From the NCBI GenBank assembly GCA_976226885.1, contig OZ320320.1:65224001-65288000 (forward strand): a stretch of 64,000 nucleotides of DNA, written 5' to 3'. The DNA comes from Iphione sp. A-MEVVRFRX5. Lineage: Eukaryota. The position numbers were made by a program, and so were the translations under genes. Below, piece by piece: positions 40,264 through 53,800 of the stretch (positions are counted from its first letter, which is position 1; the number at the start of each line of letters is the position of its first letter). The notes beneath the pieces were generated by a model, which did not search any database, was not told the origin of the DNA, and saw only the letters and a program-made list of their open reading frames with translations.

Positions 40264-43200
40264 TTTGTCTGTGTATAGGTAGAGAGGAGAGAAAGTGGGC
40301 CTGAAGACCGCCGGGCGCTTTCACAAAGGCTGGACCGAGGTAGCCATTGCCTACCGGCAGCCGTAAGGGCAATAACTCCGTCTGCCGCTGGGAGCCACTC
40401 ACCAGCCTGGCGAGCTACTCGTGGGGGCAGGACAAAGCGGCCGCTGGTAATGATTGCCATGACCATGGCGCCCACCTCCCCGTCAATGTATTTATTCGCC
40501 TGAAGCTAGCCTGGCAGTCCGCCCGAACCAAAGGCGTGAACAATGTATTATTATCCCATAAGACTGCCGACCCACCACTGCGCCCGGGTGCTAAAGCCGC
40601 TCGCCACGTCCACCGTACCGTAATGTGCGCACGGACAGATCATAACCGTGATGTCCCCGCGAGGAAAATGGAACGCACTGTACACAAGTGGCCGTGGTTT
40701 CTACTTGTGGTGAGACGGACATGATGAGCTTCGTTGTAGGTTCTATTATAGAGGGCCTCGGGGAGCGCCAGTAGGAAATGTTTCGGCTCAATTGGCGCCA
40801 ATACAATTTCTCAGCATCTTTTTCTTGGTCAGCTTCTATCCTGTCCCTCTCCCGCCTTGTTTATCTCCCTCTCTCTCCCCTTTGCTCCCCTCCATCGAAG
40901 TCTCTCGCTCCTGTTTCTTTGCTATCTGTTTTATTCCTCGCCTTCCTTTCTTCTTCCGACTCCCTCTCCGCCTCGTCCCCTCCTCGTCTTCTCCCTCAGT
41001 CCTTCTTTGTCCTCATAGGTGTCATTTACTGTCTGTATATCTAAGTTGCATCACCCTATCATGCCCGCCTATTCCGTCCTCTCTTGCTCTCATTTGTCCA
41101 TCAGGTATCTCTCTATCCATCGCTTCCATTGCTATTCCGGCTTGCTTTGTTCCCCGTACAGTGTCCGCTGTACAATACTGATATGCAGGTGGGCTAGGCG
41201 TTAGAGTGTCCGAGCCGATATACTGTACCTGCTTCGGCAGGGGATGGACAGTTCGGGTCTCTAAACGTCAGATGGAGAGTGCTGACTCAGGGCAGGCACG
41301 GGCCCTGTCCACAGTGTTAGTTGCAAGGCCTGCGTTCCTGAGCACTGGGAACGTAATGCCTTTCGCAGACGGAATCTGAGAGGCCGGGAGCATCGGCCTG
41401 TTGTCCACCAGTTGCCCAGTGGGTTATGTGGCTTTCCGACTGGGACGTGACCGCAGTGGCTGCACGTTTAACAGAATGCTTTCTCTCGGGCCGCGGCTAG
41501 AATGATGTAATGCTACTGACCATGGCATGTGCAAATGGAACAGGATGGATTCTGTCGGTCTAAATGATACCCGACTCAAAGTATGACATTTGTAATACGC
41601 GCAGTTAGGTCTGGTACTAGGCAATTTCAGGAAACAAGCTAATACCCTTTCAACAAGAGTTTTAGGTACAAACTTAGGCTCCTGTCGATAGAGTCGAAGA
41701 CGGATGCTTTCAATTACCTACGAGCTCGACTGAAGCTCAAAAAGGATGTATTAAATATCCGTCAGATTTTCGAGATAAGCAGCAGGTGTAAAGATTAGCG
41801 ATCCATCAAAGCTCAGCAGGGTATCAAGTAAAGCGGTTTAGTTCAGCTTCCGATGAAATAATTGATGAATGAAATTAATGTGAAGTAGGCAGTGGGAATG
41901 TTCCGTATTAGACCCAACAGGTTCTGTTCTAAAACATAATTAAACAGGCTATACCTGATGTCCGTCTCTACGCATTACACTTCAATTAGATCAAATCAAG
42001 GTATCATTTATTCATTACTTCAGGGATACCTCTGTTCCCAATTTCGGACTAGATTGATAGTACATGTACATCCCTTATGATCTAGCATAGGTAACATGCA
42101 TTTTCCGACACCTTCGGTCAATTGAAACAACGCTGTTCACAGTGAGTAGTACATGGAAACCGGTAGTAGGGACAGGTAATTACTCCCTCAAACCCCCGGT
42201 GAAGGAAACAATTACTAGCCGAGCTTGTAGCCAGCAATATGTCGGCCATTCCCCCAGGAAGGACGGCCTCCGTGCCTGGCCCTGCCAACAGTCTGATTAT
42301 ACGGAAACCGGGGCTCTAGGTTTGGCTGAAAGCACACCTATTCGGCAAATGCGTAGATCAGTAGCTCAGCACTCCAGCCGGTACATAGATCCGCGCATCA
42401 TGGCCTCATGAGATGTACAGGTCTTATTCGTTAATGACCCGAGGAGATGCACAGAGGTGAAGACCATGGCCCCAGGGAATGCGTAGATCTGTGTTGAAGC
42501 CAGATAGATCCGCATAGGCTTTAGATAACTAGGTCTTTCGCCAGTGTCTTACGTTGGCATATATTTAAAAGGGAGGTTGGTCTGAAGCAGCTTCGGTGAA
42601 AGTGGTGCTATAGTCTAAAAGTGTCGATATTTAGCTGCTTTTTTCAGAATAGTTTGTCAGGTTGGAAGTGCCACAGGCCATTTTGACGGCATGAAGTTGC
42701 TTTGTCTCATGCTCATGAATGAAAGGAACATAACAGCAGCAAAGAGGCTATTAGCTGCCTGACGGAAGTCTTAACACATCTGTTGTGCTGGGATATATGT
42801 GTAATATGGGCAAAAGTTTAAAATATTTTTGAGCCTAGTTTAACTGAGGAAGACATGATATTGCTTGTGCATGCACAGTTAAACAACAACATTGAAATCT
42901 AATTGGATTCTCATAATTTAAATCGTCAAATGTTTGATTGATTTAATGATTTACAGCTTCATCCCTGATGGTTTAGTATACATATATTATGTTTCAATCA
43001 GCTCACTGTGCAATGCTCTGTGGTGTTTTTTTCTATTGTCGGGGCAATAAAAACTCTATTTCATCACTAGTCGCTGATTTCTTCATACCCAGCGATGAGT
43101 CAATTACATTATTCCCCCTCTTGAAAATGGCTCGCTTGTAAGAGTTCATTGGCATTGTTCCTGGGCCGTATTGTACATGAGGCTGAATAAAATTGCATAT

Positions 43201-44465
43201 TTTAAACGCCTTAATTCAATTCCAAAGCTTTCAATGAAATAACGATATCGACGCAATCTTTACAACAAGGGGAAAGTGGCCCAGCGGACAGAGACGAAAT
43301 ATCGCAGGTAGAACTAACGTATGATGGCCGGCTTGAGGAGTATTATTGTCTTGTAATTCAGGATGAGTATGACAGGTGGATATATAATACGGCGTCAAAT
43401 TTCAGGAGATGAGGCGGATGACCTCATGTTTGAGCAGGATTTTAACCTGATTTCGAGGAACAGGTAGCTTACAACATCGAAGGAAGCGGCTCAGGGACAG
43501 CTGACACTGTTGCAGAAACTGACGCTGTGAGATATTTCGCTTTACGTGCACACCGCCTATTCCTACTGCAAGCGTCATGAAAGTCGAACGCGAGCTCTGG
43601 TAGGCAAACAATTCAACTACAATTAACACGGGAGGCCGTGTTCAGCAGGAGTGGCCTATGATGATCATATTTACATGACCGTACATTAAGGGAAGGATGG
43701 GAAAGGCCTCCGTATACGTCTTTTTTTCTAGAAGTGTCACCCCGACAGACGGCGAAGCTCGTGACTGGACTGAGGGCCTCCCCTAGCCTCACCTGTTCCC
43801 AGCCCGAGTAGGGAGGAAAGATGGTTCCAGAGCAATGCCTGATCGCGAAGGGCAGATAGATGATATTGTATGAGCCGCAGTTTGTGTGAGAGTTCTCGGG
43901 CTGGTTTTAGCTCTAAAGCAGATATTTTATGAGGTGCACTCATGCATCCAAATCACACTTGCTGGTTGTGTCCCTCTCTTCATAAATAAGTTACGACCAT
44001 AGTATCTACGGCTATCATGCAGTATCAAGGGCGACCGGACCGCTTCCCATGTTCATCGCTCTGTATAGAAAACATGTAAATTTGTACTTCCACAAATGCA
44101 AACACCATGAACTAAGAATCATACGACGTTGCCTGTTCTAGCTTGGTGGCTTCTATTACACTGGTATGGTTAGATTTATCTGAAATAATTCACGAAACAT
44201 GCCATACGTTGCTTAATATTGGCTTGGAACAATAGCAGCCTCGGTACTCAATGATGGGAAAATAACGTATGGTTGGCATTCGTGGCTTCATACGCTCAAG
44301 ATTTGTTCTGAAGCAAAACGGTAACTTTTCTTGCACGAATATTCCCTTTGCTGCCAGAATGCTATACGATTTGCGTTGTATCTTCTGTGTAACGCATTTA
44401 GTTAGTCGTTTTGAATGGGCAGTTCACCATAGCAATATTGAACAAAACAAACGTGCATTACTTAC

Positions 44466-44741
44466 CTAAGGTAGAACAAGAGAAAGGGGCTATTTCATAC
44501 TATTCCCACGCGTAAGTTCCTGAGACAAGCAGTCGACAAGACCGTGGTGTTGAGAGGGCGAGAGGGCCTTCCGGAAACAAGATGTTAGCAGACAACGGGC
44601 AGGCAGATGCGGAACACGTTATCTCAGAGTGAAGTGTAGGTCTCACAATCACCAAGCTGATATCTGTGTTATTTCGTTTACTTAAAATAACTCAGATGCC
44701 TTCTCCAGTGTTCTTGCTACTGCTGCTGTTTTGGTCGCTGC

Positions 44742-44804
<63 letters not shown>

Positions 44805-44880
44805 AGTCCTGGTCCGTTCGTTTGCTCCCTGCCTGTGCCGTGCTTTCCGTCTGCCGGTGTCCGGCCGATTCCCCTGCCTT
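44466..44880 (-). other. Candidate non-coding first exon (5' UTR) of a minus-strand gene, possibly the knottin gene
   Basis: Ends in a consensus donor ccttag|gtaagt (GT at 44465-44464) and lies directly downstream of a CpG-rich promoter-like block. Contains a CAG repeat and no long ORF on this strand. The 5' boundary is approximate and the link to exon 15025 is inferred. Confidence 0.45.
44738..44803. repeat. (CTG/CTA)22 trinucleotide repeat (CAG on minus strand)
   Basis: 22 consecutive CTG/CTA triplets read directly from the sequence. Confidence 0.97.
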
Positions 44881-45050
44881 AATGGTCCCAACAATGCGCG
44901 CGTCGCGTTGATATCGCACGCGGGGACTCGCCCGTCCCGGCCCCCGCATACGGGCGGCAGCGCCCGCCGCCGACGCAGCCATCTACCAATGGGAAGGACG
45001 CATTTTGACGGGTCGCCACGCCCACGCTTGAAGGCTGGTCAGTGAAGCCA
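44880..45050 (-). promoter_or_regulatory. CpG/GC-rich promoter-like region
   Basis: Very high GC and CpG density against an AT-rich background. GGGCGTGG and GGCGGG GC boxes, a CCAAT box (44986-44990) and an AT-rich ATTAA patch just upstream of the candidate exon. Confidence 0.5.
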
Positions 45051-46896
45051 GAAAGAGGTGTTCGTCCGAAAATCATGTAATAGATAACAAAGTGGCAACG
45101 AGGAGGATGTTTGGTCTTACACGAATGCGATAGAGGCGAAGTATTGAAGGCTCAGGGTCACCTCCGGGGAAAACGGGCATAAAAGAAAATGCAAGAGGGT
45201 GAGGGATTAAAGCATCGGTCTGAAAAAGACACAGCAACATGGTTGTGGTGAGCATAAAATAGTTGATCACTGAACCAACAATAAGAAAAGTGAAGAACAT
45301 GAATAATAAGGATAACTTCAGAGTAAAAACGGAAAGAACATCACACAGCACAATGCTGTCCAATACTCGGTGGCTTTTGCATGTGAAGTATCGAATTTCC
45401 CGGAGGGAAGCAAGGTCGGGAGAAGAACGAAAAGAAATTTAAGAGAATAACTACTGTACTGATGTGAAATAATTTCACACATCTTTTGCGTCGTGCAGAG
45501 TGGTAAGCACAAAGTGCTCTGTGATACCTAAGACACTAATTTCAGGAGGCACTGGTGCAAAAGAGGAAAGATTTGGTAAGCATTAAGGCAAAGCCTACTT
45601 TAAAATATAAGAAACGTATGCCTAGGTGAATGAATAAGATAAAATACAGGAAGGCAGTTAAATAACCAATGTCTACACAATAAGTCTGGTTCACTTTTTC
45701 AGTTAAATCAGAAAAATCCTACCTTTATATACAGCCAGTGCCTTTGTGGCTTGTGCAATGCAGTATTGCCCAAAACACATAACGCAATTATAATGCCGCA
45801 ATACTCATTCAAAAAGTTTTTATCTGAACCCAATGTCAGGTCACTTCCATTGGATCCCATGCATTGGAACTGAGCATCGAAATACGGTCTGATGTACCGC
45901 CTTTTGACATGTCTGGGAAGCTTGATGAAACTTCAGCCCATTTTAATATTTATTTGCAATCAAAAGTATTAACTTTTGAGAGAATCTGCACATTGCTGGG
46001 ATAGGATGACATTGCGTCGGCCTAACTGCATCACTGAACAGGTATAGATGCCATTATAGAAATGGGGCTTTTTGGAAAACAGCAGCGACTCAGTGGCACA
46101 GTATTTCTTAGACTGCCGAAGAAGGAAAAGAGCAACCGAAGAACGAATGACGGAAGGATGATCCACAGAGGACAGACTGGCTGGACCCGTTTATAAGATC
46201 TGACAGTTGCATGTCTCTATGCCATCTTTAGCCAAGCCGTCCGTTGACCCGCCGGCCAACTAAGGCGGGCAAGATGTTGAGAGAGGCTCGGTCAACAGTC
46301 AAGTTTCATTATGGCCGAAGAGGCTTTTGCAACGTTATCGTTCTTACAAAACATGTTGTGGGTCGATTTATCTCGATTTTTATGAAAAAATAATATACCG
46401 TAGAGCAGAAAAAAGATTCGTATGTGTATTTATTACATATAAATATATGTATATACGCGTGTGGGCGTTTTCTTACCTAACACAAAGAAAATGGTGCTTG
46501 GTACGATGACCAGGACAGAGAAAGGAAATAATCGTGGTGAAGACTACCATTGCCTATAAACACAATAACCAGTACCGAATTAGCCTGGAGGTCCCGAAAC
46601 TATAGGCCTATGTGGCGGAATAAAGGAGGAGTAACATTCAGAGTGCAGTTGGCCCTTCCTAATGAGGTTATGCTTGCTACCGAGCTACGAATGGCCGTAT
46701 TACTAAAGGGTTTAGATTATGTAGGAACTAATTCACTTCCAACCTTCATTCATTGGAAAAGTGAGGTGGCTAGGACTACTGAAGTGACCAAAGGCTGAGG
46801 AGCTCTGTACTACAGAAATTCCTGGAGCAGTGGAGGGGAGATGCGGAGGTAGCGAGAAGGTGATCAGGCTGTTCTTGTGAATAGCATGTATATTCA

Positions 46897-47375
46897 GAAA
46901 TAACGACGTGACCTGAAAGAGACATGCGCAAGCAAATGGTAAAACATGTTTTGCTGATGTATCACAGAGTAGTCAGGCTCCGCGGTGGGAGGGTATACAT
47001 AAAGAATGGGTAAATGAATACAATTCTCAATACAGGGGGTCCCATACTGAGGCATAGCGACACTAGCAATGCCCAAAGTTAAAAGGGGAGAATATGAGGA
47101 ACTAGATGTAGAGTATGTATGTGAAAGAGAGAGAGAGAGAGAGACAGAGAAATAACACTGTGACTTAAAAGAGACATGTGCAAGCAAATGGTAAAACATG
47201 TTCTGCTGATGTATTGCAGGGTAGTCGGGCTCCGACGATGGGAGGGTATACATAAAGAATGGGTAAATGAATACAATTCTCAATACAGGGGGTCCCATAC
47301 TGAGGCATAACGACACTAGCAATGTACAAAGCTAAAAGGGGAGAATATGAGGAACTAGATGTAGAGTACGCATGT

Positions 47376-47410
<35 letters not shown>
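46897..47410. repeat. Tandem duplication of an about 251-bp unit, each copy ending in (GA)n
   Basis: AGAAATAAC..GTGAC...AAGAGACATG.GCAAGCAAATGGTAAAACATG... recurs at 46897 and 47148 with high identity. Confidence 0.9.
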
Positions 47411-47441
<31 letters not shown>

Positions 47442-47567
47442 CATAGAAAAATACAGAAACTGAGCTAGACAGAGGGACACAGAGAGGGACTGAGGAAAGG
47501 AGACCGAGTGACCGAGATAGACAGACAGTTTGAGAGACAGGGGGCAAAGAGGGAAGGAGAGAGACAG

Positions 47568-47636
<69 letters not shown>

Positions 47637-47806
47637 AAGGAGGAGGGGAGAGGGATATAGACAGACAGACAGACACATAGAAAAATACAGAAACCGAGCT
47701 AGGCAGAGTGACACAAAGAGAGACTGTGGAAAGGAGACCACGAGACTGAGATTGACAGAGAGACAGAGAGAGAGGGGGCAAATAGGGAAGGAGGGAGAGA
47801 CAGACT

Positions 47807-47849
<43 letters not shown>

Positions 47850-47850
47850 A
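47410..47850. repeat. Compound (GACA)n/(GA)n microsatellite with a second, about 230-bp duplicated unit
   Basis: ACACATAGAAAAATACAGAAAC.GAGCTAG.CAGAG.GACACA occurs at about 47439 and 47672, each between GA/GACA tracts. Confidence 0.85.
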
Positions 47851-50800
47851 CGGTTTATATTAAGAGAGAGCGCAAAAATGATACAAAGGCGTTAATGTAT
47901 TCAAAGGCGTTATTATAGTTTATGATTACAACCAAAACACAAGGGAATCTTTTTAAAGGTCTTTATGAGTAACTGCTGGCCTTTGATTTATGGGCTTAAT
48001 CCGAAGTCAAATTATAGGTTTTATTAATTATTGACTTGGAAATAAATTATTTATGGCGGATCCAGTCCATATCACTAGAAGGTAATATATTAGTATTCGG
48101 CACAAAAAAATGGGAATGTCTTATTTATAGTAATGTTAATCTCCCTTCATGAATCCAGGCTGAATTCCCAGTTCCGTTTCCTTCCCAATTCAAGCCTCTA
48201 CCCTAACCCAGCCAAAGCGACAGTTGTACCCTGACTCAACACACCAACTACACACCCCAAATCAAGAGCAAACCCCCTGCACAGACTAAAGCATCGTCAG
48301 AGTGACCCATCTTCTTCTCCGCTTGCTAGAAACGGCCATCTGAACGGACACACAACTCAAGGGGCACCTTACTCCCCACTGAGGTCCTGCGACTGCGAGT
48401 GTCAAGCGGTCGGCTCCTACACATGCACGTCGCCCACACACTGACTCCACAATAGCTCCATCACGAACCGCTTCTCCCATGTCCTTTATCGCAGCACGCG
48501 AACCGACGACGGACCGTGCGTATTTCTGGCGAAGGGGACTCGGCTTGCCGAGCTCTTATCAGGTGCGGAATTTTATCTCGAGGTGAACGTCATATTTGGA
48601 CAAGGCGCTGGGCTAGAGACCAGGTGATATTTTCTCCTTTTTTTTGCATAGGGATGGTCTGGAGTGGTACGGAATATATGATATGTATAAGCATTCACAT
48701 TAGCGAGGTATGCATTAATGGGATGCTTGGAAAAGTTTGCTAGCGGGTGTAGACGGGACAGACAGAGGCATTCACCCACTGACAAAGGGAGACGGTTGCA
48801 AAGGACGGAAGAGTTGCGACGAGGATCCAGTTTTTATCAGGAGTGATTATATTCATCACTAAACATATCTGCTGATCTATGAGCATAGATGCTCATGTAT
48901 ACCTTGTTATTTACATGTATGATGATATACAACCTGACAAACAAGGAAAGAGACAGCTTGTAAACAAAAAGACAGCAACAGTAGCCTGAAGACACAGCGA
49001 GAAAGCAGTTCGGAAGTCATACGGACATACAAACTGAAGATCTGTAAGGATTTTGAAAGAAGCAGTAGGAAACAGAGAAGAAACAGACGGGTGGAGAACG
49101 GACAAATATACAGAGCTGATCCTACGTCAAACACAAATCAAGGAGTATGATGAGATAAAGGAGAAACATGTATATGTACTTCGAAGATGTAGCTTCTGCT
49201 TAGGCACAAGAGGGCCGGGGGGCGGGGGGTTGGGGTTAATGTATGTATCTGTCTCTTCTTGTCATTCATAAAATTGAGCATTTTGACTTTGTCCAACCCT
49301 ATCTACCCATTGTAATTATCGCTTGCTATCGGAAAGTGTTGCCCAGAATGTACGGTGAATGCAAACAAATTACAAATGCACATGTGAATACACATCCAGC
49401 ACACAACGACCACGTCCTTAAACGTATTGATCCGTTTACATCCTCTTCAAATTCCAAGGACCCGATCGATCTTATATTTGCATTTCCTTGCATGCTCTGC
49501 TAGGTATCTGATGGGCCAAAGATAATTATGCACACATGATACATCTCTACATCGGCTGAATGGGTATGAGGGTTATGCTAAGTGTGAATTACGATAAATC
49601 TATAGGCCGGACAGATGTCAGTCGACCAAGCAGCAAGCTTTTCCTATATGTAACGCTCTTACCTGAGCCACCTATCGAGCGAACGGTTACAGACACCTTG
49701 ATGTATTGACAGAGCCAGAGGCCGAGAGGAAGGTACAGAGGGCGATGGCTTCGAGTGTAAACAAGGCGGAGATGGGTGTGAACCAGGGTGTCGGATAGTA
49801 TGGTCACCTCTACAGGAAATTTGGCCCCGCAGTGTCATTAGGAAGTAAGAAACTGTGTGAACCAGACTCTGAGTTTGCGTTGGTGATTAAGGACGTCAGT
49901 GTCAACCAACCCATAGAGAAATAAGAAAATGTGCACCAGCCTGTTGGCCTGTGGTAATACTTTACATAAACTGTTGACTTGTGGTAATATAGTATCTAAA
50001 TTATGTTATAGAGACAAGATAAATGAATGAAGATAGATGTTTGCACTGAAACCGAGGGAACAAAATTGATTGCGCTACTGGCATCCAGAAACGAGACCAG
50101 AATATTCTACAGAATTGGTCAACAAACATATGTTGCTAGAGGAGATGATGCGTTATGCCCGATTCAACATCCAAACAAAGTTAATCTAGCGTCTTCACTC
50201 ACCGACCCCCTAGACCAAGTTTTATTGATTTGGCACTAAATTAACATGGCGGCTAGTATTTTAAACCTATTACTTCAGGTGTGATCCGGGAAGGCTAAGT
50301 AATGGAACGGTTTTGCTGGATCACCAGAGAAAGGAAAGCAGGCAGGACACCTCATCTTAGATATATCCCATCAGTGACCGAGTTGTGCTTTCTCTGTTCG
50401 TCTTTCCGTGCAAATAATTTGAAATGCAGTAACTTTTGCACCGTGAAGCAAGACTCACGTGAGGAGTAAAGATTAAAGGGTGTCATAGTGCGTGAGCTGC
50501 ATCGGGTGTTGTGAAGGCATGAGTAGAATTCGATTGGAGTAATTTACTGTGTGAATCGTCATGTTTCAACAAGAGATGCTTTTACATCTGATAAGGTCAA
50601 GCCATGGTACATTCGTGCCACGAATCGGTTGTCCAAAGTCACTTCCAGGGCTGGATATTACGGTTAGGGATAGGGTCAGGGATATGGATCAGAAAATTTG
50701 ATGCAAATGAAGGTGAACTTTGGTGAGTGGGTTAAGGTTCTACAGCTAGGCACCTGATGTCTCACTACAGCAAAACAGACAGACCGCTCTAATGAAGGAA

Positions 50801-53800
50801 AAGATGATTGGATGGTGAACAAGTGAGGCTGATTACCTTAGCCCACGTCTGTGAATATATGTATGAGAGTGTGTGAATATGACTACCCGTGTGTAAGGGT
50901 TTCAGATAGCTGTACGATCTGTAGTGCCAGCCAACGATACAGTCCGGCCAATTTATATTTATTCACATGAAATTTGCATCAGTCTGTAGACATCCACCTA
51001 CTGGTACTATGCAAAACGTGTACTATACCATGAGAAACATAACATGAGGGGGGGGGGGAATGACAGCATCTTTACCTGGTTCGACACGTTTCGCAGTATT
51101 CTCATCCATCTGGCTAAGATCATTCCCGTTTCTATTAATAGACGATCCCATTATTAACATAGGGCGCCTTCCATCCCGACATTCGCACCTTTTTGACAGT
51201 TCTAGTGACCATATCATCTGGCCATTGGCAACTTCCGTAAACATATGACTAAGTTCAACCTTATCTGGCTATACCCAGCTATTACACAGTAAGCTGCTGT
51301 GCAGCTATCTTTTCTGTCACCAAGACTTTCGTGTAAAATATCCTTGATATCTCCACCCGCTGGATCCACTGGGCCAGACATCCTTTACTAATAGAGCATT
51401 TCCGTCCACCCGACCAGGCTTCAGTCATCTTACACAGTAGTCTCCATCAACAATCCTAAACATCTCATCAGTTTGCGGTAACCGAGAGCCTGCCTCAGCT
51501 CTCCCGAAAAGACTGAGTACTTCACTAAGGCGAACAGGGTTTATCGTTATTGTTACAGCTCTCGACGACCCATCTCTAGCTCAGGTAGGATGCAATCAAA
51601 CTGCACCATGTCTTGCCTGTGGTTCTCCTTGCCCATGGCAGGGTGTGAGGGACCGACATGTGATTAGGAGATAGGGTCTCTCTATCCTTCTCTCTCTCTT
51701 TGTCTCTTCCTCTCTCTCTCTCATTCTCCCTCACCTATGCTGAACAGTCCACTACCCAATACCTTAATGGGGCCTGTGACATGAACTTGAGGGCTAGCTG
51801 CATATGCTTATATATTGCTTACTGCCCTGTCCACTGTACCGCAAAGATCATCCATTTTGTTTTTTTAGTTTAACGATGCATTTCTAGTGCACTTCCAGGG
51901 TAGTGTGAACAGATGTCCATAAGGTTTAGATCCAAATGTTTCATCCGTTGATTATGTTTTTGCTATGATTCAGGAGTTGGATCAGATTAAAGGTTCACTC
52001 AGTGCAAGGGGGATAGCTAAGGTCATTCGGTGTAGCTTGGGATTATTAATTACATTATTTGGAGATCACTGAGGAGGCACTGAGTGGAGCTGATTGACTG
52101 TTCTCTAGGCTCATTACTGATTGGCAAATTTGTTTTCTAAAGCTTTTTAGGCTTCTTTTAGAATGCTGTGCACCTATAGATAGGCAGGAACTTTGGAAAA
52201 TGAATAGTGACTGGCTTGCAGAGCTGCTAGCTCTTTAGGTATTTTGGTAATATTACTCCATCTGCTATAATACAAAGATTCCATATTGAAACATGGGAGA
52301 AAGCTGCTATAAGTATTTTCTTTCAGTAAAAAACTAACGAGAAGTATAAAGTCTTAACATGCCATAAACTACTGTCATTTTTTTCTTTTCTACTAAATCC
52401 ATACTGACGCAAGTTGAAACAATTACAACTTAAAACATTGTTGGAATTAAGCTTCGACATCACATAATTTTACTCTCTGTTAGAAAATTAACATATTTTA
52501 ATATGGACTGGATCTTTGCTTTAAGTGACACTCTATTGGACCTTGAAAAAAATGCCTAGTTTCAGGAAGTTTTGGTTTTGTGATGTGATAAATTTGACGG
52601 AAATAATGACACACTGTTGTATTCCACATCTAACTGCTGAATGTGTCACCACATTTATAAGCCAGGTTCAGTCTCTCACGCATGTATACAGGCAATACCA
52701 TTCTCTCATAATTTAGCACCACTTTTTCTAAATTGGAAATGATCTACGTCTCCTATTACAACATTCCGTCCTGACTTCCGGTCTGGCATGTTTTTCCGCC
52801 AATTTTCAAAATTAGGACAATGTGGAGCTAGGCCCGATTAGGCAGCTTTAAAAGGGTATCCAGGAAATCAATATTAAGGTCTGAACAAGAGAATTGATTT
52901 AATTGTAGCAGGACCTACTGAAGTGACATTAGTCCATTAAATTTGTAGTTAACGTAAGAAACAGGTAAGATTAGACAGCTCCGTCGAAGGAATTGGATGC
53001 AAACCAATCCCTCTGTATTTTCTGGACCGCCCCAGGGGGGGGGTGTATTTATCCTTTCAGTGTTTTTTATTGATTCTGAAATATTATTAGATATATATTG
53101 ATATCTGTGTATTTAGGCTGGCCACAGTTTTAAATGTTCAAATGCCTACCAACGTATATTTGAATACTTTTATGACCAAGCATTTTTGTAAAATCTAGTT
53201 CAATCAAGGAGTTTTTAACCATAGTTTTCTGCTTGAAGTTTAATATGATAGGCCTTTGCTCAAATCAAAATACATTCTTTTGCGGCGTTCGTGATGTATG
53301 TTGTGAAAGTACATATAAACAATCGTATTGTAGCAGGTATTTGTATTCACTCAGAAAAAGTCCTATTTGAAACTTCTTTATAATAAAGTGAAGATACATG
53401 CCTGCTTTATGTCAGGATATTCAAGTGATGGGTAAATGAAGTGGAAGATAAAGTCCGAGTCCACAGGATTACGTACTATAATGTTCGAGTTGCGGTAGAA
53501 TATTTCTATGAAATAAACCACTTACCTGAAACTAACTGATGCGTTCTATTTCGAACTACTTCCATGTAAGCCTATGTAGGCCAAATGCTTCGTCTTGTTC
53601 TAACCGAAGAGTGGTATCCCAGGCAAGGAACACTGTGTTCCGTAGCGTTGTATTGAAGTCATGAATCATTATTAATATTGATAGAAAGTCTTCGTACTTG
53701 TATAATTTCCTGGAAATGGCTTTTCACTCTGTATAAAAGTGAGAAATGTTAGTCTGTCTGGAATCATTTGAGAATTCCTAATATCAGCGCTCTTCAGGTG

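Noticed and set aside
41301-41321. REST/NRSE element (GGCCCTGTCC...)
   Set aside because: Only one half-site matches; the CAGCACC half is poorly matched.
44666-45045. Poly-Leu, poly-Ala and poly-Ser ORFs as membrane or secreted proteins
   Set aside because: All are frame artefacts of the CTG repeat in GC-rich DNA.
47332-47895. Long SL- or RE-repeat ORFs (similarly 40778-41181)
   Set aside because: Translations of GA/CT microsatellite and pyrimidine tracts.
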